Assembly: GCA_030704615.1 (NCBI GenBank)
Contig: CM060733.1
Span: forward strand, 46,810,001-46,874,000
Source: Takakia lepidozioides
Taxonomy: Eukaryota > Plantae > Bryophyta
Direction of reading: 5' to 3'
Length of the DNA: 64,000 nt
Part shown: in pieces, positions 13,863 through 26,772 of the stretch
Layout of the letters: each line of letters opens with the position of its first letter
Position numbering within the stretch: the stretch's first letter is position 1
Translations under genes and position numbers: made by a program
The notes under the pieces: model-generated
The model's input: only the letters and a program-made list of their open reading frames with translations
Told to the model about the DNA's origin: nothing
Databases searched by the model: none

Positions 13863-14701
13863 TGTATCATGGGGGTGTTTTCTATTTGTTTTCCTTCCCG
13901 CATTCATGTTAGCTACCTTACTATTGATAATTAAGTATCAGTTTGCTTCATCAATCTATTGGATTCCATCAACTCATCCATCATTCCACAGCTTCACTCA
14001 GATCTCTCTACACAGTGTGAGTATGAAGTGTGTATCAAATTAATATCTATCAAGTATCAGGCTAAAGTCCTGGAGTCTCTAATCTGTTCTACATTATAAT
14101 TCTACTGCTTGCTTCCATTAAGCATCATGGATCATCCTCCTCCTATTCCGTGCTCTCCCTCTTTCTGCTCAGAGATACGCTCTCTGCCTCATTTCCCCTC
14201 AGTGATGTCCGAAGTTCCCTTCCCCCAGAAGCGCGCAAGAATGATCCCCCTTTCAGTCCTTGCTTCCAGCTTTATCTTCCTACCCGTTGTTCTAACCGTT
14301 TCCCTCACTAACCGTCGTCCGTGAACTAACATGTTCCATTCGCAGGTGTTGTTCCCCACAGTCGTTCCCTGTCCTGCTATCCGTTCCCTATGGTCGTGAC
14401 AGCTGTGTCAAGCTGTGACGAGCTGTGTGAAACTGTGACAGGCTGTGACTGGCTGTGCGACTGTGTTTGGCTGTGTCGGGCCGTGATTGGCTGTGTGGCT
14501 GTGTCGGCTGTGACGGGCTGTGTTGGCTGTGATGGGCTGTGTCGGCTGTGACGGGCTGTGTTGGCTGTGACGGGCTGTGTAACCCCCCTCTAAAGTGCGC
14601 TGCTGTCACCCCTAAGCTCCTGTTGGTCTCAGTCTGTGCAAAAATTAAGGGTACCCCACAGATCCCGTATAAGTGTCTAAGTCCCAGACAGTCCTCTAAC
14701 A
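13863..14701 (-). repeat. Putative 3' LTR (TGTTA...TACA) containing a GGCTGTG array at 14395-14580
   Basis: Begins TG on the minus strand immediately after a polypurine tract; far end inferred from ...GATACA. Confidence 0.6.
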
Positions 14702-14718
14702 TTACCCCTTCCCCTCTC
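14702..14718 (-). promoter_or_regulatory. Polypurine tract
   Basis: Minus strand reads GAGAGGGGAAGGGGTAA|TGTTAG. Confidence 0.7.
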
Positions 14719-14886
14719 AAAAAGCCGTGTCCTCACGGTTTACTGATTGCAATTAGCAAACCTTTGTGAGTGAGCACCTTTCTGACGTTGAGAGTTTCGT
14801 GGCGGACTGTGTGTACGAGCCCGAGGTCTGTCACTGGTTGACGGAGATGCTTGAACACTACCCGGATAAGTGAGTCCCTCTGGAGG

Positions 14887-17755
14887 CTAATATAAAGGTA
14901 ACCTTTCAGGCATAGGAGACCCCCGTCGCTTCTTCTCTGCCATCTGAATTGCATAGTCTTCTCCCATGTCAAAAGAATCCGCTGAAGAAACAGTTGTATC
15001 AGAATCCTCATCGCCTCTCAGGTGTTTTAATTGTCGAACTTTTTGTGGAATCCTCTGGGGCATACAATGTTGTCTTACCATGTCTGGAAGTTTATATTTT
15101 AAAACTTGCTGTAAACGCTGAATGGCAAAATTGGTGAAGACACTGAGCTCCTTGTTTGTCCAGGTGAGTGGGGGTACCAATGATTTGTGAATTGTGCAAG
15201 TATTTCCATGCCACATGTCCCTTATAGAAAATATCATCAATGCCGAATTTCTGTGTTGACAAATTGTTCCAGGCCGCATGAAACCATGAACGAATTTGAG
15301 AATCCTTTTGCATCATAACTTTTGCCTCATATAGGTACATATGAGGTGGCACTGAAGGTAAGACCCAATGATCCCCACTGGAATAACTCAGAAAGCGCGA
15401 TTGCATCTTTTGCTGCTCAATGTGATAACGTACCAGAAAACAAGCAGCGTAGTATAACCCGCATCCCATGACAATACTTGCTATCTCCTTGGTCTTGGTA
15501 TAAATGAATCCATGTACAACTTGGAAGGCAATTAATTCCCTCAACATTGTACCTGCCTCATGCCAGTATTGTGCAAAGTGATGATCCTCAATTGGTCGAT
15601 TGTTCGGAAGAACTTTAGTCCTAGTTGCCACTGGCAGCCAAATGCGCATGATTTTAAGTAATGTGCCAATGACTGCGGAGGACTAAATTCTTTCCAAGCC
15701 AAATCCAACATGATGGGAATTTGGTTGAAGGGCATAATCATAGCCCTACTGTACTCCCTCGCAGCTGGAGTTTTAGGTGGGTTAAAAGCAGCATTGCCCC
15801 ATACCTCAGACTGTGGTGGCTGTGGTGTGGTTGTAGTAACAACAGGGTTAGCTACTGGCACAGTGACTTGTTGTGGTGTTGGTGGCCAGGATGTGCCTCT
15901 CTTGATCAGCTTCAATCTGCTTGTATTGCTTGAAAGTATCCTCATTGCGACAGATTGTATTCTTCATATCGACAATGAGTTTCATTTGCTCAACATTCTC
16001 TTCCTCTGCTTTCGTACATTTTTCTGCTTGACTGTTTATTTCTTTTGTAGATTGGTCAAGCATAGTTGTGAGTGTAGCACATTGTATGACCATCCTGTCA
16101 TGCACTGTCTGCAACTCCGTATGTAGTGCATTCACTTCTTGCAACTTGCTTTCATGCTTTACCTGCATTTGGATAAGCTGTTGCTTATGTGCTTCGTGCA
16201 ATTGGTCTTGCGCGAGGCCTGCCTCAATCAATTGTTCCTTGGCCATTGCAAACCGCTGCCGCTTCTGTATTCTCCAAGTCTTGCTGCATCTTGAGAGTGA
16301 CCTCTTCATCGACCTTGTTTGCACACTCAGTGGTTAGTCGAGCCTCAAAAACTCCTTCCTGAGTTCCTCTCTCAAGGCTGTCAATGGGTAGTTGGGACAT
16401 GGGATTTGACATAAGTCCCCAACAAATTAAGTGTCTGCCTATGGAACTCATAAGCATTGCCTGTTGAGGGTCATCATGGTGAGGTTGCTGCTGTTCTCCC
16501 TGATCCTCAACAGTGTGATGTCTCACGAACCACTCAGGCCATTGTCCCACCATATTTTCTTCCTGAACCACTTCATCCATCACCGGTGGTGCAGTGTCTT
16601 GACATTCTACCTGTGGTACCTCCGACACAGGTGTGTGTATTATATGCACCTCAGGATTTCCCTTGGGCAACTGTTGCACCTCTGGAATCTTTGTCTCCTT
16701 GACCAGACCAAAATATTCATAGAGAAGGTCCCCCTTCTCAATTTCTGCCACTATCTGTTCTGTAGTTGGAATATCTAACCCTTCTTTTTCCAAATCAATT
16801 ATTTCTGGTTGAGCTGCATGGACAACTTGTGGTAACCTTGTGACAAGCCGATCATCTGGCTGTGATGGTTGTGATACTGAAGTAACTTCCTCTTCCCTCT
16901 CTGAAGGTCCTGCTTCTAGTAATAGCAGTTCTCTGTGCTGTTGTGCCCCTTCCTGCACAAAAACTTCGGAAACATTATCATGCAGATTCCGTGAAGCCAG
17001 TGGATCCTCCACTACAGTCTTTCCCCGTCTCTGTCTCTTATTCTCGGGTTGCCCTGCTAGTCCTCCCTCACTGTGTGAAGAGCCTTGCTCTTCCATTGCA
17101 GTGGTTTCTGGCTCAAACACTTCCATCTCCTTTCTTTCTCGAGCATCCAGGATGCCAGAATCAAGAATTATTTGAGCAATGATTGGGCCAGACACTATGA
17201 TAGGAGACTTTGCGGTAGTGCCCTGTAATCTTTTCATCTCCTCTACCAGTGCGTTGTACATTATGTCCGCCCATTCTACCTCTTCTCCTCTCAGGGCTTT
17301 GAGTATTTCCTCTGTGAAGGATCTGCTCAAATACTGTTGGTTCTGTTTCATGGCAAACAGAACGTTCAATACCTGGCCTACCTCCTTAAGCCCTGGGTAC
17401 ACGGCCTTGGTACAAGCATAACCCTGAGTTTTAAAGAAACTCCCTTCTTGGAATAAGTCCCCTATTTGCAGTCTTGCCCTGTGCTCCTCCACATGCACCT
17501 GGCCTGCTGGCAATCGAAACAATTGCTGTAGGTATAGGGGAGTAATTACTAATTCAACTCCCTTCACCGTTGTTGCTCCTGTCCTTGGCTCAAAGTTCTG
17601 TAAGAATTGTAACATGTACTGTCTATGGTGCAATGTTCAATCTTTGCTTTGCAATCCTTGCAATCTCAGCTCCTTCAGTATCTGTATCGCCTGTGGGGTA
17701 GCAATCGTTTGTTTCTGCAGAATTGTCGTGCTCTTCACCCTGATTTCCTCCATTC
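14887..17755 (-). pseudogene. Extra 3' ORF of the Gypsy element (frameshifted, acidic and coiled-coil, roughly 900-950 aa in total)
   Basis: Consecutive minus-strand ORFs 16224-17633, 15848-16324, 15541-15945, 15092-15649 and 14887-15279 lie between integrase and the PPT. Confidence 0.6.
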
Positions 17756-18407
17756 CTCTCACTCTCTTCATTCTAGACCCACAGAAATGTTTTGGCTGTA
17801 ACAATTAAAGAAATGCCTGTAGTGCACAAAGCATAAACGTATGGTTGCCACAAAAAGCTATGGGTAATTTCTTGTAAGCCTGCGGGGCTTGCAAGCATCG
17901 CTCAAGAGAAAAGATCCGTTCTGTTCTTTCGTCCCTATGCCACTGCGTAAGTAGTATTGCGAGTATATAGTCTGTTAGTTCCTCCATAGTTTCAAAGCTA
18001 TCGCATTGATGGTTTGTTCCGTCGAGACGCCCGTTACTTAGAACGACGCCGACTCTTGCGCTTAATTTCCCTCCAATTTCTTGATCCCTTCTCTGGCTTT
18101 CTATTGGCTGTAACCACTGTGACTGGATTTTAGATTTAATTTTCTTTAGTAGACTTTCCCTGCTGGACTGTCCACTAGGATAACACATGTGACAAGAATT
18201 TCGCTTTTCTGTACTTGCCGTTTGTTCTGTTACCCCTTTTCTGTATTCATTAATGGGCCCGCCATTCATCCGAATTGACGCGCTAAGTAGGTGCTTTGAC
18301 GGCCATTCTTGTCCTCTTTCTTGATGACACCTGTTCTTGCACTTCCTTCTCAGCTGTGTGTCGTGCCCTGACTTCCACGTGTCTATTTTTAAACTGGTTT
18401 CCGTCCT

Positions 18408-19640
18408 TTATTCCGTCGGCCATTTTCCTGAAGTTATTGTGCGTCCACCTGTCACTGATTCTATGGATTGTGTAACCCTAGTAGGTTGTGTTGAGCTGTG
18501 ACAGGCTGTGTCATACTGTGGTACGTTGTGATAGGCTGTGATGCACTGTGGTAAGCTGTGATAGGCTGTGACATGCTGTGGTAGGTTGTGATAGGCTGTG
18601 TTGCGCCATGCTGGGCTGTGATAGGCTGTGTCACGTCGTGATGGGCTGTGATAGGCTGTGTTTTGCCTTGATGGGCTGTGATAGGCTGTGTCACGCTTGT
18701 TCTGCCCGCCTTGGTCATATATGCTCGGCCTAGCGACAAGTGCTCCATACTCCGTTGGTAACACTGGCGCACCCCGTGACTGCTTTTGCGTTTCAACATG
18801 CAAATCATGCTGCAATGGTTTGTCATGGATACCACTGTACCCCTTCAACTTATTAGCATTGACTCTTCCCAGCATCTCTTTGTTAATGGTTTGTAACATG
18901 GCGGTGTTATTATCATACATCTTTTGTATGACATAAGGTCCTTTCCATGGTGATTTAAGCTTAGAAGCTTTAATCTTTCCTTTCTTCTGCAACCATAGAA
19001 CCAAATCTCCCGTCTTAAAAGTTTTTAACTTGTCTTCATCAAACTGTTCCTTCCTCTTTATCTGAATTCTAGTCATATTATCAGCTGCATCAGCACGTAC
19101 TTCTTCCACATGGTATAATTCATGTTTCCTGACCTTAATGGAATCTTGCAATTTCATTCTCTTTCCCCATTCCGTTCTCATGGTAGGTAACAGGAATTCC
19201 ACTGGAAGTAAGGCTTCCATACCATAAACTAATTGGAATGGTGTATACTTAGTGGTGATTTTATATGAAGTCCTGTATGACCACAAAGCTGTCAACAGCT
19301 TTGTATCCCAATCCGTTCTGTTTGCATTGACTATCTTAGCCAAGATAGTACATAGTATTTTGTTGGTAGCCTCTGCCTGTCCATTACCCTGTGGGTAATA
19401 TGTTGTACTCTTCCTATGCACAATCATGAATTCTTTAGTCAATAATTCAATGGTCTCATTAATGAAGTGACTTCCCTGATCACTGATAAATTCTAAGGGA
19501 CAGCCAAATCGTGTAAGTATGTTCTCATACAGGAACCTTGTTGTGGACTTGGCTGTGTTGTCCCTCAAAGCTTTAGCTTCCACCCACTTCGTAGTATAAT
19601 CAGTTGCTGTAATTATGTACATGTTCCGTGTATTCTTGGC
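18408..19640 (-). pseudogene. Gypsy integrase catalytic core and C-terminus
   Basis: ATDYTTKWVEA, ISDQGSHF, YYPQGNGQAEATNK, TPFQLVYG, WKGPY. Confidence 0.92.
18495..18695. repeat. About 30-bp tandem repeat with GGCTGTG core
   Basis: ctgtgataggctgtg repeated about 6-7 times at 30-bp spacing. Confidence 0.9.
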
Positions 19641-22600
19641 TAGGCAGCCTGTTCATTCTGGATTAGACACCAGAATGAGATGAAAGCTCCTATGAATGAG
19701 GGCCCAGTGGTGGCAGCTAACAGAGTTAGGCCATGTGTTGTACCAGAAGTAAGTACAATGATAGTAACCAAAAGCAAAACCAAATTAATACCTCCAGTAG
19801 TTGAGGAAGATGATGATAATGAAGGTGGCAGTGATATGCCTGAAGATGAAGAGACTTGGAAAGATGAGAAGGAACTGCACAAGGAAGTGGCAGATACCAT
19901 AAGGGAAATGCAGAAGAGTACTGATATTCCTGTGGCAGATTCCTCTGATTCTGATGGAGAAGAAGAAGTGAGTGAGGATGAAAGGAAGAAAGAAGATGCA
20001 GGCATGCAAGGTAATGAAGAGACTTTGGCTGAAGTAATATGCCAGACCAAAGCAGAGATTACCATTGGACAGCTATTGGCTGTGGCACCTTATTGTAGGC
20101 ACAGGCTGTATCAAGCAATCAATCGAATTGCCCAGGAGACAGGAAACACAGACCTGAACAGCAAGGTGACCAGTTATAATGTGAAACCGGAAGGGCGAGA
20201 AACAGTCATGGACTTTGATGATTCTATGCCAATAATCCAATTGAGAATTGGAAGCACAGAACTAACTGATGTACTGATAGATGGAGGTTCTGGAGTAAAT
20301 ATCATGACAGACCAATTAAGAAAGAAGCTTGGTCTAAGTAACATGAAACCAGCCCCATTTACAGTAACAATGGCAGATCAAAGAAGTGTACAGCCATTGG
20401 GATTAATAAGAGGAGTTAAGATACAGATACAGAAGATGATCTTTATGATCACAGTAACTGTGTTGAAGATGGATGAAGTCATGGAGGCTTACTCCTTATT
20501 ATTGGGGCGTCCGTGGCTGAAACATGCCAGGGTATTCCATGACTGGAATTCTCAGTTACTAACCGTGCATAATGGGATACACGAGATACAAATTACCACA
20601 AAGAAATCTAGTAGATTACCTGCTACAAGAAGACCTCGAGGAGTCAGAGAGTATGACTGGAGATGAGGACTGGATGAGGAGCAGGAAGCTACCCTATTTG
20701 CTGCACACCCAGAGTGGGAGCAGGTTGCAGAGATGCGGCTGGAAAGCCTAAGTTGTTTAAGAGGTATCTGCTGTGGTGTAGTGACAACAACACCAACTGA
20801 AGAGGAAACCAGCAGTTACCCATCACATTTCTATGAAGAAAGAGAAGGAGAAATGGAAATCCTAGAGGAACCAGCCACTGTGAGCTTACAGGATGAAGTG
20901 GTGACTGGTTGGACAATCACAGCTGATGAGCAGGTGAGGGAAGTGAATGTGGGAACTAAAGAGGAACCGAGGATGGTGAAAGTAGGAGCTGATTTGGAGC
21001 CAGAATTCTTTGAAGAAGCTAAGAGCTTGTTCATCAAATACAGAGATGTATTTGCTTGGAGCTATGAGGATCTAAAAGGGATACCACCTGAAGTCTGTCA
21101 GCATAAGATTGAACTGGAACCAGGGTCAGTACCAATCAAGAAGGCGAGGTACAAATGAATCCCAACTACGCACAGAAGGTTGGAGAAGAGATCAAGAAGT
21201 TGGCTGAGGCTAAGTTTATATACCCAATAGAGTATACAACTTGGTTGTCACCCATTGTTATAGTTCCCAAGAAGAATGGTAAACTAAGAGTATGTGTGAA
21301 CTACAAGAAGCTGAATGCTTGTACGAAGAAAGATCATTTCCCTTTGCCATTCACAGAAGCAGTATTGGACACTGTGGCAGGCCATGAGATGTACTCATTC
21401 ATGGATGGCTTCAGTGGTTATAATCAAGTGCAAGTGGCAAAAGAAGATCAAGGAAAGACAGCTTTCATCACAGACAGGGGTGCTTATGCATACAAAGTCA
21501 TGCCCTTTGGACTTTGTAATGCACCAGCAACCTTTCAGAGAGTAATAAGTGAATCTTTTCATGAGTATCTGGATGATTTCATGCAGGTGTTCTTGGATGA
21601 TTTCAGTGTGTACAGCTCTAAGAATGAGCACTTGCATAAATTGGAGTTATGTCTGGCCAGATGCAGGATGAGAGGTCTGGGCCTGAATCCATAGAAGTGT
21701 ACTTTCTGTGTGAACTCAGGGGTGCTGCTGGGACACATTGTGTGTAAGAAGGGACTTCTTGTGGATCCCAGGAAGACAGAGGCCATTAAAGTCTCTCCAC
21801 CACCAGTGAATGTTAAGAGTTTAAGGAGATTCCTTGGGCAAACCAGTTATTACAGAAGATTTGTCAAAAGGTATGCACAAATAGCAACACCATTGAGCAA
21901 ACTTCTGAAGAAAGATGCAGTGTTTGCCTGGACAGCTGAATGTCAGCAGGCGTTTGAGGAACTTACACTGTCAGTAACAACTACACCTGTGCTGATTAAC
22001 CCTCACTGGCATGTAGTATTTCATGTTCACTGCGATGCATCAGGAGAAGCGTTGGGAGCGGTGTTAGCCCAGAATGTTACAGGAAATATAGATTCACTTG
22101 TGTACTATGCTAGCAGGTTGATGAACAGTGCTGAAATGAACTATAGCACAACTGAAAGAGAAGCACTGGCAATGATTTATGCAGTCAAGAAATTCAGGCA
22201 TTACCTATTGGGAAGAAAGTTTATGTTTTATGTGGATCACCAGGCTCTGATATATCTGGTGAACAAACCTTTGATAAGTGGAAGGATAGCGAGGTGGTTA
22301 ATAATCTTGCATGAGTTTGAGTTCGAAGTTATTTACAAGCCTGGCCGTTTGCATCTTGTGGCAGATCATTTGTCACGACTAACAACAGGAGAGGCCGCCA
22401 TAGGAGTGGACGATCAGTTACCTGATGCGAGTTTATTTGTAATGGAGGTGCAAGGAAGTGCAGATGAATGGTTAGATTGGCAGTGGCCAATCAGATACTT
22501 CCTTACTCATGGTCAATGCCCACCTAGTTATGGTAAGGAGCAGAGGAAGAGAATCGCTATCAAAGCTTTACCTTATACTATGGTAGGAAGCAGAATGTAT

Positions 22601-22895
22601 AAGCTAGGACCTGATGGAGTACTAAAACGATGCTTGTACCACCATGAAGTAAATAAAGTTTTGGAGGAAGTTCATAAAGGAGTGGCTGGAGGTCATTTTG
22701 GAGAAGAGACTACCAGTAGAAAGATACTACTCGCAGGTTACTGGTGGCCTACTTTATTCAAAGATGTACACAAGTATTGTCAAAGTTGTGATGAATGTCA
22801 GAGGCTAGGACCTTTGCAGAGATCTGGAAGGATGGCCTTGCATCCTACAATGCCTACGGAACCATTTCAGAAATGGGGACTAGACTTTGTTGGAC
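19641..22895 (+). pseudogene. Gypsy pol segment: aspartic protease, RT, RNase H, integrase HHCC
   Basis: LIDGGSGVN; MPFGLCNAPATFQR, VFLDDF; HCDAS, YSTTEREAL; GHF...CDECQR; ends GLDFVGP. Contains premature stops and a frameshift. Confidence 0.93.
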
Positions 22896-23180
22896 CTCCC
22901 TTCCATGCCATTGTTATAACCACCAGACCTACCATAGTGGTCCTGATCATTGTTTCTTCTTGGCTGGGGCTGCACCTGATGCACCCTTACTTGCCTAGGT
23001 TCTCTTGCAGCTGTCCTTTTGTTGTAGTAACAATTCTCAGTAGAATGGTTATCCATTTTACAGATAGTACAGTGTTTTTCCTTCATGTGGCATTCTGTGG
23101 TGGTATGGCCTTCATATAAACCATCCCTGTCATCATGGTCAACAATGTTTGACCAATGCTCCCTAACTTTCCAAGTCATG
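22896..23180 (-). pseudogene. gag fragment with CCHC zinc knuckle
   Basis: GHTTTECH...CTICKMDNHSTENC. Confidence 0.75.
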
Positions 23181-23313
23181 TAGTGATATCCATTACTACA
23201 GAGTCATAAAACTATGACTGCAACGCATTTCAGCGCTCTGTAGTCGTCTGCCTAGTGAAGTTTTTATGACTCCGCCAAAGCCGTAGTCCTAAAAACGCTC
23301 ATCTCTTGTAGTG
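23181..23313. mobile_element. Orphan CACTA terminus
   Basis: Ends ...ctcttgTAGTG, preceded by TGACT/AGTCA subterminal repeats; no partner end with a matching TSD found. Confidence 0.55.
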
Positions 23314-23338
23314 GGATAAGCCCTATGTAACAGCCATT

Positions 23339-23884
23339 TTATGCATATATACTAGATAGGCGGGGTCCCATGCGGATTAGAGGTTGAGCATGTTGGATAT
23401 CTTTGTCCGGGTTACATTCAGCTATGCATATGTGTACGTTGGGGGCCGAGATTGGTTTATGAATGTATATGTTGTCTGCATGCTGAATGGGGGTGGCATG
23501 TTGTTGGTGAATATGTGTTAGGTAGTCAATGTTAGTGGTTCTGTAGAACATGGTGAGGAGGGTGAGATTGTGGTCTGGGTCACAGTCGTCATGTGGACCA
23601 AATAAATCCTCTTCTATTTGTCATGTATTGTCTTCGTTAGGGTAGCCGGCCCACTTGCAATGGTAGTATGTGTCAACACAGGTGGCCCCAAAGGCGTCAA
23701 TTGACGTTTGGGTTTTAATACCTAATATGGCTTCAATGACATAGACATCCGGGTTATCAGAGTTGCCGGGGGAGGTAAGGTGAGACATTGTGGGGGATAG
23801 TGGGGCGTGGGTGGAAGTATCTCGTATATTGGCTGGGGAGGATAATGTTAGGGAAGAGTTGCTGGTTGGCATAATGTGTTGCAT
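23339..23884 (-). pseudogene. Chromodomain-encoding fragment, probably TE-derived
   Basis: YVIEAILG...YYHCKWAGYPNEDNT*, with the expected W codon changed to a stop; followed by ECNPDKDI. Confidence 0.6.
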
Positions 23885-24539
23885 GGCAGATCCTTGAGGG
23901 AGGGGATCAGGATCCGTAGATGCGTGGTGTTAGTGGTGTTTGATGTGCGGAGCTTTTGGTAAATGGAAGTGGTTGGGGTGGTCCTATATTGAGGGAGTAA
24001 ATCTTGGGTTGTATGTGGTTTACAAGGACACGCGTGGCTTCCCGGGTCTCGCCACGTGCATGCCTGAGGCCAGAACACGTGGCGCGGTGAATTGTCTGTT
24101 GGTTGCCTTCACGACTTGCAAGTGGAGTTGACAACTGGAGTGTTGAAGTGACAGATGCAACTGGAGGTTTGAAATGCACTACCTCACTAGTGACTACATC
24201 GACTGTGGGTTGGGAACCAGGCACTCCTGCTGGTTGCACTGATTTGGGGGCTGTGACTTGTAGCTCATACATGTGCAATATTGTTTCTACTGTGTCTGAA
24301 TAGCAACACGGATGCTACGATCGATCTACTACAGCATTGCAACCAACACAATCTCTGCACACTGGGGATGATCATGTCATTGCCTATGTGATTCAGACTT
24401 AAGAACATACAGACCATGCCATCAATGCACGAAATCAAATGAACTGCATGAAGAAGAGCACGTGACAATGTATTAAGATAACACCTCCAAACTGTCCCAT
24501 ACAGTGCACAAATCCATGAGTCCGTAACGACCAAGATTG

Positions 24540-26640
24540 GAACATGTTTCTGGATACTTCTGTGTTGTTACTTTGGCAGTATCATGTCAAAGTCACTCCA
24601 AACTATCAAACGTTCACTCAACCAGCTAACTTGCAGAATTCAACATGAGAATTTAGGGCCGATTCTGATAAGAGGGGAAAACGGGGTGAAGTGTGTTGAA
24701 GAAGGTGCCTTGATTAGCAATGACTGATTTTATGAATTGTGCCGCTGCTGCTGTGGCTTCCAGTTGACCATGTACCCATGCAGGTTTCCCTTCCACAATG
24801 AATCATAGGTAATCTGGAGCTTGAAATCCAGCCCTCTTGGATGAATCTGGACCCACACTCTATCCCTGCTCCTTCAACTATCCATGCGTCTGCACAAATC
24901 ATGCATTCATCCTTGCACTTGTTGCTAGCAGATGACAATGACAGCATAGAGGAAACACCCAACTTAGCTTCTCACTCTAGTTCCTATGCTGAATTGTGTC
25001 GGCTACTTTCTATAATCTAACACGCATTCACCTTTTGGTCTCGATTGTCCCACCGTTGACTGGGGTCGGAAACGTGTTCATTCCCCAGCTTCTCCTCATC
25101 TCTGTTACATGTTTTCCGATACTTTCCTGGTGTCACATTGGCAGTATCATGTCAAAGTCACTTCAAACTAGATTCACTCAACCAGCTAACTTGAAGAATT
25201 CAACATGGAAATTTAGGGCCGGTTATGATAAGAGGGAAAAACAGGATGAAATGTGTTGAAGAAGATGCCTTCATTAGCAGTGCCTGATTTTATCAATTGT
25301 CCCGCTGCTGCTGCGGCTTCCAGTTGACCATCTTCCCATGCAGGTTTGTTGTAGCTATCCTTCCACACGAAATCATATGTAATCTGGAGGTTGAAATCCG
25401 GCCCTCTTGCATGAATCTGGACCCACACTCTATACCTGCTCCTTCAACCATACATGCCTCTGCACAAATCATGCATACATCATTGTCTTGCTGCTAGTAG
25501 CTGACAATGACAGCCTACATTTGTTCTAGGAAACACCCAACTCAGCTTATCACACTCATTCCTATGCTGAATTGCATCTACTACTCTCTGTAATTATACA
25601 AGCATTTACCTTTTTGCCTCGGTTGTCCCACCATTGACTGGGGTCAAAAAAATACTCATTCCACAACTTCTCATCATCTCTGTTACATGTTTCTGGATAC
25701 TTTACTGTTGTCACTTTGGCAGTATCATGTCAAAGTCACTCCAAACTATCAAAGGCTCACTCAATCAGCTAACTTGCAAAATTCAACATGGAAGAAGAAG
25801 GATTCTGATAAGAGGAAAAAACAGGGTGAAATGTGTTGAAGAAAGTGCCCTCATTAGCAGTGTCTGATTTTATCAATTGTGGCGCCGCTGTTGCTGTGGC
25901 TTCCAGTTGACCATCTACCCATGCAGGTTTCTTGTAGCTATCCTTCCACAAGGAATTGTAGGTAATGTGGAGCTTGAAATGCGGCCCTCTTGGATGAATC
26001 TGGACCCACAATCTATCCCTGCTCCTTCACCTATCCATGCCTCTGCACAAATCATGCATACATCCTTGCCTTGCTACTAGAAGCTGACAATGATAGCCTA
26101 CATCTGTTGGAAACACCCAACTCAACTTATCACTCTAGTTCCTATGCTCAATGGCATCTGCTGCTCTTTGTAATCCAACAGGCATTCACCTTTTTGCTCG
26201 ATTGTCCCACCGTTGACTGGGTCAGAAAAGTATTCATTCCACAACTTCTCCTTGTCTCTGTTACCTGTTTCTGGTTACTAATCTTGTTGTCACATTGGCA
26301 GTATCTCAACCAGCTAATTTGCATAATTCAACATTTAGGGCCGATTCTGATCAGAGGGAAAAAGAGGGTGAAACGTGTTGAAGAAGGTGCCTTCCATGTG
26401 AGCAGTGCCTGATTTTATCAATCGTGCCGATGCTGCTGCGGCTTCCAGTTGACCATCTACCCATGCAGGTTTCTTGTAGCTATCCTTCCACAAGGAGTCA
26501 TAGGTGATCTGAAGCTTGAAATCCGGCCCTCTTGGATGAATCAAAACCCACACTCCATCCCTGCTCCTTCAGCTATCCATGCCTCTTCACAAATCATGCA
26601 TACATCCTTGCCTTGTTGCTAGCAATTGACAATGACAGCC
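24540..26640 (-). repeat. About 4 tandem 560-580 bp units, each encoding an intron-split OSB-like PDF motif
   Basis: Units start near 24540, 25105, 25680 and 26260. Reconstructed protein: KLWNEYF.DP..WDNR.KK | GT..AG | IHPRGPDFKLQITYDSLWKDSYKKPAWVDGQL. Confidence 0.75.
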
Positions 26641-26772
26641 TAGAATTCATGCAGCAAACACGATACTACATCTCGTTCAGCCATACCACCCAAACCTAGA
26701 ATTAGGAAAACACTCTGATTCCATCCACTGTCACCAAAGTCAGTCCAATATCACCCCTTCAGTCAAATGTAA

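Larger units (their letters stand above)
7604..13864 (-). mobile_element. CACTA (En/Spm) element; left terminus clear, right boundary uncertain
   Basis: CACTAG at 7604 with CGACT-type subterminal repeats and a Tnp2 transposase inside. A CTAGTG ends at 13864 and both ends are flanked by TAT, but the TIR match is only 6 bp. Confidence 0.6.
13863..23180 (-). mobile_element. Ty3/Gypsy LTR retrotransposon, 5'-truncated and internally inverted
   Basis: gag Zn knuckle (22900-23180, -), PR-RT-RH-INT N-terminus (19641-22895, +), INT core (18408-19640, -), extra 3' ORF, PPT and 3' LTR. Confidence 0.85.

Noticed and set aside
7604-23313. Pairing the CACTA ends at 7604 and 23313 as one element
   Set aside because: The TIRs diverge after about 9 bp and the flanking trinucleotides differ (TAT vs GGA).
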